Shown here: one piece after another, positions 28,081 to 36,249 of the stretch
How the letters are laid out: every line of letters starts with the position of its first letter
How positions within the stretch are numbered: position 1 is the first letter of the stretch
NCBI GenBank assembly: GCA_012799115.1
Contig: JAAZLY010000166.1
Span: 1-42,890 of the forward strand
Source of the DNA: Bacillota bacterium
GTDB taxonomy: Bacteria; Bacillota; Limnochordia; Darwinibacteriales; Darwinibacteriaceae
Direction: 5' to 3'
DNA length: 42,890 bases
Made by a program: the position numbers and the translations under genes
Notes under the pieces: generated by a model
Seen by the model: the letters and a program-made list of their open reading frames with translations, nothing else
Told to the model about the DNA's origin: nothing
Databases searched by the model: none

Positions 28081-29148
28081 GCATTCTAGGAGGCTTTGAG
28101 CCTCCTTGTTTGTGAGGAGTACTTCCCGCGTCTGTCCGGCCCCTATCGGCAGAACAAAGGCGATTTTTCCATCTCGATTTTTCTTATCCTTGCCCATCAT
28201 GAACACCATATTGCTAAGCAAGCTGTGCTCGAGCTTAAACTCGAGCTCGACCTCTGATCCGAGTCTCTGGATCAGATCCAAAATCTCGCTACAATCGTCA
28301 TGACCCAAAAGGCCCAACTTACGCGCCATCTCAGCTTCTAGATACATACCAATCAAGACGGCTTCACCGTGAGTATACGTCCCATACTTGGTGACAGCCT
28401 CCAAGGCATGGGCGACAGTGTGTCCATAGTTCAGGACTCTTCGTAAACCAGCCTCTCTCTCATCTGCAGCCACAATCTCCGCCTTAATCCCACAGCAACG
28501 CGTAACAATCCGTTCAAGCACCTGATCCTCCAGGGCAAGAATGGCTCCTAGGTGCTCTTGAAGATAGGTCAGAAACTCATAGTCGGCGATGACCCCATAC
28601 TTCATCACTTCAGCGAGACCACTGATGAGTTGCCTATGGGGCAGAGTTCGTAGGGTGGTCGTGTCGATAACGACGACTTCCGGCTGATAGAAACTACCCA
28701 CTGCGTTTTTCCCCTGGGGCATGTTCACTGCGGTTTTTCCACCCACCGAACTGTCCACTTGGGCTAACAAGGTGGTAGGCACCTGTGCGTAGGCAATCCC
28801 CCGCATGTAGATCGATGCGCAAAATCCTGCCACATCGCCAACAACACCGCCTCCCAGGGCAATGATTCCAGAGCTCCTGGTCACGCCTAGATTCAGCATG
28901 CTCTCGATCGTCTCTTCCACTCTCGTCAGGGTCTTTGTATCCTCCCCAGCTGGAAGAACGATTCGGTACATGGTAGAGTCCTTCCACTCTCCTATCAGCC
29001 TTTCACCGTAGAGACGATCCACTATATCGTCTGTAATTAATACCCACGTGTCTCTCGAGGCTAGATACGAAGACAAAGTTTGTAGCAATCCTTGACCAAC
29101 ATAGATCGAATAACTACGAGTTCCTAAATCGATGCCTAAGGTCTCCAT
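28075..29148 (-). CDS. aroB: 3-dehydroquinate synthase
   Basis: Motifs GGGVVGDVAGFCAS, VPTTLLAQVDSSVGGKTAVN, GLAEVMKYG and NYGHTVAHALE. I prefer the ATG at 29148 (METLGIDLG), 19 nt after the aroA stop. The listed 23-aa extension overlaps aroA. Confidence 0.9.
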   Translation of the reverse strand: METLGIDLGTRSYSIYVGQGLLQTLSSYLASRDTWVLITDDIVDRLYGERLIGEWKDSTMYRIVLPAGEDTKTLTRVEETIESMLNLGVTRSSGIIALGGGVVGDVAGFCASIYMRGIAYAQVPTTLLAQVDSSVGGKTAVNMPQGKNAVGSFYQPEVVVIDTTTLRTLPHRQLISGLAEVMKYGVIADYEFLTYLQEHLGAILALEDQVLERIVTRCCGIKAEIVAADEREAGLRRVLNYGHTVAHALEAVTKYGTYTHGEAVLIGMYLEAEMARKLGLLGHDDCSEILDLIQRLGSEVELEFKLEHSLLSNMVFMMGKDKKNRDGKIAFVLPIGAGQTREVLLTNKEAQSLLECL

Positions 29149-29167
29149 GATCCAACTCACCACCCAT

Positions 29168-30454
29168 CTACTTGGTAATCGTACTGAGAAGACGACCAAA
29201 CCCGGGAAAGGACACATTTACGCACTGGCTATCACTGATGCGTACCGGTTCTCGGGCAAAAAGGCCGGCGATGGCCAATGCCATGGCCATACGATGATCC
29301 CCATAACTAGTAACTTCGCCGCCGAGAATCTCACTTTTCCCCTCTACAACAAGTCCATCAGAGAGCTCATGAACGGGAACACCCAGCTTGCTCAGCTCGG
29401 TGAATAAAGCACGAATCCGATTCGATTCCTTGACACGCAGTTCCTCAGCTCCAGTGATGGTCGTAACCCCATGGGCCCTACTTGCTACAACCGCTAGAAT
29501 CGGAATTTCATCCACCAGCCTTGGAACTAGATCGGACGTAATGCTCGTTCCCTTGAGCTCGCCCCCGCGAACGATTAGATCTCCAAACAACTCACCGTTT
29601 TGATTCGTTAGATTCTCACACTCGATCCTGGCTCCCATCCTATGCAGAACATCTAAAATGCCCGTCCGGGTTGGATTTAGACCTACATTCTCCACGACCA
29701 AGTGCGATCCAGGTAAGGCTGCTGCCGCGGCCACAAGAAAAGCAGCTGATGAGATATCCCCTGGAATTTGGATATCCCTCGCTTCAAGGCTAGAGTGGGC
29801 TATCCGCACCCTACTTTCCTCCGATTGGATCTGAGCCCCTAAGAATTCAAGCATCAGCTCTGTATGATTACGGGCTGGAAGTTTTTCCTCTACACTCGTC
29901 TCACCTTCGGCATATAAACCCGCCAACAAGATGGCGGACTTCACTTGAGCGCTAGGAACAGGAAGGGTATAGTCTATACCGTGAAGATTTCCTCCCTGAA
30001 TCTCCAAAGGAGCAAGATCCAGACCATCTCTCCCTTCCACGTGCGCTCCCATCTTCCTCAGGGGTATGGCAATCCGGTCCATGGGTCTTGCTCTAATGGA
30101 TTGATCTCCTGTAACGGTTGAGGGAAAGTCCTGCCCCGCAAGAATGCCGCTCATGAGCCTCATCGTCGTTCCGGAGTTACCGCAATCAAGGGGCAGCCGA
30201 GGTTCTTGCAGACCATAGAGCCCCCTTCCATGAACGACAAGTTGGGAACCGCGTTCCTCTATTTCCACTCCCATCTGCCGAAAACACCGAATCGTACTTA
30301 AACAATCCTCACCTGGTAAGAAGCCGTTGATTGTAGCTTGTCCTTGGCTGATGGCCAGTAGCATCACCGCTCTGTGCGAAATGGATTTGTCCCCAGGAAC
30401 ACAAACTCGCCCCTCTAGTTTATGAGCTCTACGTACTTCTAGCATTTTGATCAT
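29168..30454 (-). CDS. aroA: 3-phosphoshikimate 1-carboxyvinyltransferase (EPSP synthase)
   Basis: Motifs VPGDKSISHRAVMLLA, LDCGNSGTTMRLMSG, KESNRI and GDHRMAMALAIAG. Confidence 0.92.
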   Translation of the reverse strand: MIKMLEVRRAHKLEGRVCVPGDKSISHRAVMLLAISQGQATINGFLPGEDCLSTIRCFRQMGVEIEERGSQLVVHGRGLYGLQEPRLPLDCGNSGTTMRLMSGILAGQDFPSTVTGDQSIRARPMDRIAIPLRKMGAHVEGRDGLDLAPLEIQGGNLHGIDYTLPVPSAQVKSAILLAGLYAEGETSVEEKLPARNHTELMLEFLGAQIQSEESRVRIAHSSLEARDIQIPGDISSAAFLVAAAAALPGSHLVVENVGLNPTRTGILDVLHRMGARIECENLTNQNGELFGDLIVRGGELKGTSITSDLVPRLVDEIPILAVVASRAHGVTTITGAEELRVKESNRIRALFTELSKLGVPVHELSDGLVVEGKSEILGGEVTSYGDHRMAMALAIAGLFAREPVRISDSQCVNVSFPGFGRLLSTITK

Positions 30455-30518
30455 CTCCTACTTAACCCTAGCCCTGACAGACATTTCCCACTCATTTCGC
30501 TCGAAGTTGACCGTTCTC

Positions 30519-30548
30519 CTTGACGACCATTTGTTGCTCGGCTATAAT
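30519..30548 (+). promoter_or_regulatory. Candidate sigma-70-type promoter driving the FMN riboswitch
   Basis: TTGACG (30519-30524), an 18-nt spacer, TATAAT (30543-30548), about 20 nt upstream of the aptamer. Confidence 0.5.
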
Positions 30549-30565
30549 AAGGGTGAAAACTGCAT

Positions 30566-30688
30566 AAGGAATTCTTCGGGGCGGGGTGAGATTCCCCACC
30601 GGCGGTCATAGTCCGCGAGCAGCCAACCTGGTTGTTGATTTGGTGAAATTCCAAAACCGACAGTATAGTCTGGATGGGAGAAGAACAG
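30566..30688 (+). promoter_or_regulatory. FMN riboswitch (RFN element) aptamer
   Basis: All conserved RFN blocks are present in order on the + strand: TTCTTCGGGGCGGGGTGAGATTCCCCACCGGCGGT, AGTCCGCGAGC, GATTTGGTGAAATTCCAAAACCGACAGT and AGTCTGGATGGGAGAAGAA. P1 is TTCTTC (30572-30577) paired with GAAGAA (30680-30685). Confidence 0.9.
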
Positions 30689-30730
30689 TCAGAGAGTGTA
30701 TTCTGTCTGTAGTTTGTAAATGTATGCCAA

Positions 30731-30764
30731 AGGCAGCCTGAAGAATTTTAGGCTGCTTTTTTTC
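30731..30764 (+). terminator. Intrinsic terminator forming the riboswitch expression platform
   Basis: GCAGCCT (30733-30739) and AGGCTGC (30750-30756) form the stem, with a 10-nt loop and seven T (30757-30763). It lies 45 nt upstream of the solute-binding protein ATG. Confidence 0.8.
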
Positions 30765-30808
30765 TATATTGGTCGAGACTTTAGTACATTTTGGAAGGAG
30801 TTCATCGT

Positions 30809-32080
30809 ATGAACAAAAAGCAAATTCTTTCTCTGATCGTCATCACACTTGTGGTAGGACTAGGTCTAGCGGGGGCTACTGTTCAAGCTCAAGTTACCAC
30901 AATCAATTACTGGCACTACCTTAGCGGCGACAATGCTCTGATTCATGAACAGATGATCGAAGAGTTCAACGCCCAGCATCCCCACATCCAAGTTGAGGTC
31001 CTATACGCTGGAAATCAGTTTGTGGCCCGAGACAAGCTCCTCGCGGCAGTGGCCGGTGGTGCAGCTCCAGACGTTGCCTTAGTAGACCAGTTTTGGCCTC
31101 CGCTAATGGTTTCTACTGGTGCACTCGTTCCCCTGAGTCATTTCATAGATGCCGAAGAGTACCTCAGTGACTTTAGCCAAGTATCCAAAGACACTGTCAC
31201 AGTCCAGGGGGAGGCATGGACGGTACCTTTTTCCCTCAGTAACCAAATCCTCCTGTATAACAAGGATAAGTTCAGAGAGGTCGGTTTGGATCCAGAAGCA
31301 CCGCCCGCAACCTGGGACGAACTCCTTGAGTATGCGGTCGCACTCACCCGAGATATCAATGGTGATGGACGAACCGACGAATGGGGCTTAAACTTCACAA
31401 CGAGAGCGAATATGGGCTCTATGTATGCCTTCATTACCTTCATGTGGCAGGCCGGAGGCGAGCTCTATAGTGAAGACTACAGCGAAGCGGTGTTTAATGA
31501 TGAAGCAGCTCGTGAAGCCGCCCAATTCTGGCTCGACCTCGCCCATAAACACAAGGTACTATCACTTTCGCCTCCAACGGATGGATTTGAGACTGGGCGC
31601 ATTGCCATGCAATACTCAAGCACTTCATCGATTGCAGCCACCAAGAACAGGGTCGATTTCGACTTGGGTGTAGCGCCCCTCCCGGCCTACAAGAATCAAG
31701 TGACCGGTGTCGGTGGTAGTAGCCTAGCCATTTTCAAGACCACGCCCACGAAAGAACAGGCCGCCTGGGAGTTTGTTAGCTGGATGGCGAGTGCCGAGAA
31801 CAATCTAGCCTGGAGTATGAAGACTGGGTATATCCCCCTTAGACTATCTGTACGAGAATCCGCTAGCTACCAGCAGTACCTGGCCGATGAACCCCACATG
31901 CAGGTTGTTATGGAACAGTTTGACTACGCTAGAGCCCGGCCCAATACAGTAAGTTATGCCGATCTATCTCGAATTTTGGGAGTGGCGGTAGAGGAAGCCC
32001 TCTACGGCAACAGCGACCCCGGACCCATTCTAGACAATGCTGTAAAAGAAGCAAACATCTATATTAGAGAACTCGACTAA
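30809..32080 (+). CDS. Periplasmic ABC-transporter solute-binding protein, family 1 (CUT1 / sugar-type). No cognate permease or ATPase genes are adjacent.
   Basis: The signal peptide MNKKQILSLIVITLVVGLGLAGATVQAQ has no lipobox Cys. Blocks TTINYWHYLSGDN...MIEEFNAQHPHIQVEV...KLLAAVAGGAAPDVALV are typical of SBP_bac_1. The ATG at 30809 has GGAAGGAG 9 nt upstream. Confidence 0.85.
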   Translation: MNKKQILSLIVITLVVGLGLAGATVQAQVTTINYWHYLSGDNALIHEQMIEEFNAQHPHIQVEVLYAGNQFVARDKLLAAVAGGAAPDVALVDQFWPPLMVSTGALVPLSHFIDAEEYLSDFSQVSKDTVTVQGEAWTVPFSLSNQILLYNKDKFREVGLDPEAPPATWDELLEYAVALTRDINGDGRTDEWGLNFTTRANMGSMYAFITFMWQAGGELYSEDYSEAVFNDEAAREAAQFWLDLAHKHKVLSLSPPTDGFETGRIAMQYSSTSSIAATKNRVDFDLGVAPLPAYKNQVTGVGGSSLAIFKTTPTKEQAAWEFVSWMASAENNLAWSMKTGYIPLRLSVRESASYQQYLADEPHMQVVMEQFDYARARPNTVSYADLSRILGVAVEEALYGNSDPGPILDNAVKEANIYIRELD

Positions 32081-32088
32081 AATACTCC

Positions 32089-32118
32089 GAAGGCTCAGGT
32101 AACTAAACCTGAGCCTTC
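32089..32118. terminator. Perfect 12-bp hairpin between or overlapping the convergent SBP and MFS genes (probable bidirectional terminator or stabiliser)
   Basis: GAAGGCTCAGGT-aactaa-ACCTGAGCCTTC. The MFS stop codon sits in the loop. There is no strong U-tract on either side. Confidence 0.45.
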
Positions 32119-33266
32119 CTCTCTTCAAACCTTTCTGGGTTGTAGCGTCGATAGAAGAGTAACCCCAGACCATTAATGAGCGCTACCACGATCCAAAGCA
32201 GACTATAGGAATAGGCTGCCAGCCATGACAAGCAAATGGAGCCTAACACTATGCCGAGGTCGAAGGCATTACTAAAGAAGGCCAGATCATTGGAAGCATC
32301 AACGGCGTTAATGCTAGCCCCTGGGACCATAGCCATGAGCACTGTATTGACGAAACCAAAACCCACACCGATAAGTATAGCCGCTACAATCAGGATGGTC
32401 ATCCCATTTAGCATACTCAATAGCAAAAGCCCTGCAATCAGTAGACAAAACCCCGGCACAATCAGGGCACTACGCCCAAATCGATCCGAAAGGTAGCCGC
32501 TTATGCCGCCACTAATGGTATAGGTAAGGGCAAACAAGCCAAAGAACAGACTGGGATTGGAGATCCCCACTTCATTGGCATGTAGGGTGAGGATGGATGA
32601 AGTCGCCCCCATCAGCGAAGCAGATAGGAACATCGTGCCAGACAAAACCAAAAGATTACGGTTCTTCCAGGGAGAGTGGGGTTGGTACTTTCTACCCATG
32701 CCCACGCCTGTGAGCCCACCTTTACCTTCCACAAAAAAGCTCAAGACCATGGCCAAGGCTACAACAACCATGCCACCCCAAAAGAGGACAGAGTAACCTG
32801 CACGTTCTGCAAGGAAGCTACCTAGAAGAGGACCGACCATCATCCCCAGACCGATCATAGCCGCAAAAATTCCAAAGAAGAATCCGCGGTTATCAGTGCG
32901 GGTATTGTCTGAAAGCAACCCCTGCGCTCCCGCAACAAACCCTGCAAGCCCGACACTCTGCAAGAGGCGCACTAGGGCCAGAAAACCGAAGCCCAGGAAG
33001 GGTTGATACAGAACCATCACTAAAGTGGCGATGACAAGACCGATCCGCAGAACCAATACATTCGACCGGCGCGTTGCCAAGGTACCAAAAAACACCTTAA
33101 AGCCGATGGAACCAAGGGACAAAAGACCCACAATCGCTCCAACTACGACTTCGCTACCACCCAGCCCTGTGATGTACAGGGGTAGGGTAGGCACAAACAT
33201 TTGATTCATTGTGTGATACAGAAATGTGATCATCAGGACTAGTGTTACATCTTTGAGTCTTCCCAT
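32103..33266 (-). CDS. MFS transporter (12-TM, MFS_1 type), substrate unknown
   Basis: 387 aa and polytopic, with an MFS loop 2-3 motif-like GTLATRRSNVLVLRIG and the second-half motif YLSDRFGRS. Confidence 0.85.
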   Translation of the reverse strand: MGRLKDVTLVLMITFLYHTMNQMFVPTLPLYITGLGGSEVVVGAIVGLLSLGSIGFKVFFGTLATRRSNVLVLRIGLVIATLVMVLYQPFLGFGFLALVRLLQSVGLAGFVAGAQGLLSDNTRTDNRGFFFGIFAAMIGLGMMVGPLLGSFLAERAGYSVLFWGGMVVVALAMVLSFFVEGKGGLTGVGMGRKYQPHSPWKNRNLLVLSGTMFLSASLMGATSSILTLHANEVGISNPSLFFGLFALTYTISGGISGYLSDRFGRSALIVPGFCLLIAGLLLLSMLNGMTILIVAAILIGVGFGFVNTVLMAMVPGASINAVDASNDLAFFSNAFDLGIVLGSICLSWLAAYSYSLLWIVVALINGLGLLFYRRYNPERFEERKAQV

Positions 33267-33296
33267 TTTCCTCTCCGCTCTAACTCCCTTTGTCTC

Positions 33297-33929
33297 TTAT
33301 AGGACAAAGAGAAAAATCATTAGGAAGTGCAATATTGTCCCTAAGCAAACGAAGATGTGGAAGATTTCATGAAAGCCAAATCGTTTGGGAACGAAGTTGA
33401 AAATCTTAGTGGCATAGATAACAGCACCAATGGTATATGCAGCACCGCCGCCAACCATCAGAATCAAGGCCGGCTTCGGAAGAGTTTGAATCAGTTGCTT
33501 AAAAGGAATGACGGCCATCCAACCTAAGAACAGGTAAAACCCAGCGGTAACTCCCCGGGGGAGGCCCACAAGCCAGATCTTGAGAATGGCCCCGATTGCA
33601 GCCAAAACCCAGACAGTCATTAACATCACCCAGCGCCAAGGGTCCTCCAAGCCATAGTATAAGACAGGGGTATAGGTCCCTGCGATCAACAAATAGATGG
33701 AGATATGATCGAACTTCCGCAAAAGGAGTTCTTTCTTAGGAGTGGTCCGCACCCAATGATAGAGGGTACTCGCCCCGTAGAGCATAACAATACTGAGGCC
33801 AAAGATCAAGGCAACTGTCACGCCGGAAACTGTTCCCCAACCTCGCCAAATCAAAAGGCCTAAGCCAATCAAACCGGCAAGGAACATGAAAAAATGCGTC
33901 AACGCATTCACCGGTTCTTTAATCTTCAT
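33297..33929 (-). CDS. Hemolysin III / PAQR family membrane protein
   Basis: 210 aa with 7 TM. Motifs NALTHF, STLYHW and the C-terminal HEIFHIFV (H-x3-H) are characteristic of the family. Confidence 0.85.
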   Translation of the reverse strand: MKIKEPVNALTHFFMFLAGLIGLGLLIWRGWGTVSGVTVALIFGLSIVMLYGASTLYHWVRTTPKKELLLRKFDHISIYLLIAGTYTPVLYYGLEDPWRWVMLMTVWVLAAIGAILKIWLVGLPRGVTAGFYLFLGWMAVIPFKQLIQTLPKPALILMVGGGAAYTIGAVIYATKIFNFVPKRFGFHEIFHIFVCLGTILHFLMIFLFVL

Positions 33930-34057
33930 AATGGACTCACCTCCACGGCTACTCTTCCCCTCGTTCCAAGAAAAATCCTGCTTTCCTCGACTATGGGAAG
34001 GACAAATTTCCCGAGCTTAGAATACTGTCTGTAACGGACACAAAGGAGTTGATCTAT

Positions 34058-34921
34058 ATGATGGATCTCACCCTCATTACATGGGCACAAGAATTTGCGA
34101 CCCCAACACTGACTGCCTTTTTTACCGCTATCACATCCTTAGGTTCCCTTGAATTTTATATGTTCTCCATTCCAGTGATCTATTGGCTGATTGACAAACA
34201 CTTCGGATTTCGCTTTGCGATGTTTTTTATCTTCTCCGCCTACATCAATTCAGGGGCAAAACACATCTTTACCACCGAAAGACCCCCTCGGGAAATGCGC
34301 CTGGTCGAGCAAGAAGGTTATGCCTTTCCGAGTGGTCATGCCCAAGGAAGTACGACCTTTTGGGGATTCCTTGCTCTGAAACTCAAGAAGCCCCTGGCCT
34401 GGGCTGTAGCAGTTCTCATGATTATCCTGGTCAGTGTCTCCCGCATTTACCTTGGCGTACATTGGCCCATCGATATTCTCGGCGGACTTGCCATCGGCAC
34501 GATCCTCCTTGCGGGCTATACACTCGTAGCCCAAGTGGATCTAGAAAAGATACCCTTCAAGAGATGGATGTTAGGATCAGCCTTGGGGGCTATCCTCCTC
34601 TATGTACTGCAACCTATCGGGGATGGTCCGATGACCGCAGGCTTTCTCCTTGGAACTAGCATGGGGTATCGGCTTGAGCTTCGCCATGTTCGATTTAAGG
34701 AGGATGCTACCTTTGTGCAAAATGTCATCAAGCTCGCCTTGGGCCTGGTCATCCTCTTCGTCCTGCGCATTGCCCTCAAACCGTTGGTGGGATGGATGCC
34801 TAGTGGAATCAGCTACGTCGTCCGCTATGCCTGCCTAGGACTATGGGCTAGTCTAGGAGCTCCCTTTGCTTTTGTGAGACTCAACCTCTACAAGAAGACG
34901 GCAGTAACAAAAACGGCTTAA
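34058..34921 (+). CDS. PAP2-family lipid phosphate phosphatase (BcrC/PgpB-like) with an extra C-terminal membrane region
   Basis: The three PAP2 motifs are KHIFTTERPP, PSGHAQ and SRIYLGVHWPIDILGG. About 120 further residues carry additional TM segments. The ATG at 34058 follows AAAGGAG, and the listed TTG at 34049 overlaps the SD. Confidence 0.8.
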   Translation: MMDLTLITWAQEFATPTLTAFFTAITSLGSLEFYMFSIPVIYWLIDKHFGFRFAMFFIFSAYINSGAKHIFTTERPPREMRLVEQEGYAFPSGHAQGSTTFWGFLALKLKKPLAWAVAVLMIILVSVSRIYLGVHWPIDILGGLAIGTILLAGYTLVAQVDLEKIPFKRWMLGSALGAILLYVLQPIGDGPMTAGFLLGTSMGYRLELRHVRFKEDATFVQNVIKLALGLVILFVLRIALKPLVGWMPSGISYVVRYACLGLWASLGAPFAFVRLNLYKKTAVTKTA

Positions 34922-34932
34922 CAAGAAAGTGA

Positions 34933-36099
34933 GTGATCGTTATCTTGCAGCGCTACTATACTGATCCATGGCTACAGGAACTCCACACCAAGATACTCGA
35001 TAGTTTTGCTGAAGGTGATCGCCACCTGGTGGTTTTGGAAGAAACGATTTTCTACCCCACTGGTGGTGGTCAGCCCCATGACCTTGGATCCATTAATCAA
35101 ATTCCCTTGCTTGATGTCTTTGAGCGAGATGGGACTGTGGTTCATGTTTTGGAACATGCTCCTGTGGGCGATGAGGCCTACTGCGTACTCGATTGGTCCA
35201 GACGACTCGACCATATGCAGCAGCATAGCGGGCAGCATCTTCTCTCAGCTGTCCTCCAAGAGCATTTTGGGTATCGTACGGAGAGTTTTCATCTTGGTGA
35301 AGACTACTCCACAATTGATATCTCCACTCCGAATTTGTCTGAGGAAGAACAGCGTTCTGCAGAACAACAGGCAAATGAGCTCGTTTTCTCGAACCTCCCC
35401 CTCTTGACCTATACTCTGAAACCCAATGAACAGGCAAGTGTTCCCCTACGCAAGATTCCGGACCTTGAGGGAGACCTACGCATTGTAGAAATCGAGGGAT
35501 TCGATTACTCGCCTTGTGCCGGAACACATGTCCAAAGTACCAGTCAAATTGGCTTGGTGAAGATCATCAAGTGCGAAAAATACAAAGGAATGACAAGGGT
35601 ATACTTTTTGTGCGGCAACCGTTCTCTAGAAGACTATAGACGCAAACAGAAAGTCTGCCTCAGCCTAGGTAGTCTCTTATCTGTTTCAGAGAGTGATTTG
35701 CCAAGCCGAGTCGCCCTAGAAGTTGAGCGTAAGCAAGAACTTGAGAAGCAAATCGAGGAACTACAAACGGAGCTCATGGATCTTCACGCCCAGAGTATTG
35801 TAGCCAGGGAAGAGAGCCCCTTCTTTCTAGAGCTGCCCAAGGCCACAATAGAAGAAGCACAAAAGCAAGCCAGGTCCATCTTGAACCTAACTACCGGCAC
35901 TGTCATCATCAGTTTGGATGAACGTTTCGTCTTAATGCACAATCAACCAAACGATTTGCACCTAGGACAGTTCATCAGAGAAAAGGCCCAACCCCTCGGC
36001 GGCCGAGGTGGTGGCAATGCCACAAGCGCACAGGTTTACTTTCCCGACCCTGATGGATACGACAAGTTCTCAAAGATGCTGAAAACAGACCTTCTCTAG
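34933..36099 (+). CDS. alaX: Alanyl-tRNA editing protein AlaX-L (tRNA_SAD editing domain plus DHHA1-like C-terminus)
   Basis: Motifs FYPTGGGQPHDLG, the zinc/editing motifs HSGQHLLSAV and CAGTHV, and the C-terminal GGRGGGNATSAQ. GTG start, which is uncertain. Confidence 0.85.
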   Translation: MIVILQRYYTDPWLQELHTKILDSFAEGDRHLVVLEETIFYPTGGGQPHDLGSINQIPLLDVFERDGTVVHVLEHAPVGDEAYCVLDWSRRLDHMQQHSGQHLLSAVLQEHFGYRTESFHLGEDYSTIDISTPNLSEEEQRSAEQQANELVFSNLPLLTYTLKPNEQASVPLRKIPDLEGDLRIVEIEGFDYSPCAGTHVQSTSQIGLVKIIKCEKYKGMTRVYFLCGNRSLEDYRRKQKVCLSLGSLLSVSESDLPSRVALEVERKQELEKQIEELQTELMDLHAQSIVAREESPFFLELPKATIEEAQKQARSILNLTTGTVIISLDERFVLMHNQPNDLHLGQFIREKAQPLGGRGGGNATSAQVYFPDPDGYDKFSKMLKTDLL

Positions 36100-36108
36100 G
36101 TCTGTTTT
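36083..36108 (+). terminator. Hairpin overlapping the alaX stop codon (probable terminator)
   Basis: AAACAGACCT-tctct-AGGTCTGTTT is a 10-bp perfect stem. The U-tract is mostly inside the stem (GTCTGTTTTG). Confidence 0.5.
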
Positions 36109-36249
36109 GCGCTTATCATCTGTACTTCTCTCTTTCCTCGGAGAAATTCATCATAATTTACAAAATACCGGTAGGTAATTCATAGAAAATGTAGAATTTA
36201 AACTATTAACGCGGGATTAGTCCAGAACCAGTTGTGGAGGAAAGACGTA

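Noticed and set aside
30451-30654. A 67-aa ORF on the minus strand upstream of aroA.
   Set aside because: It overlaps the FMN riboswitch aptamer and its promoter on the opposite strand. The riboswitch explains the conservation-like structure of this stretch, and there is no SD.
32103-33266. The idea that the MFS transporter next to the riboswitch-controlled SBP is an RfnT-like riboflavin transporter belonging to the same regulon.
   Set aside because: It is on the opposite strand, convergent with the SBP gene, and separated by a 12-bp hairpin. The riboswitch cannot control it, and no sequence feature ties it to flavins.
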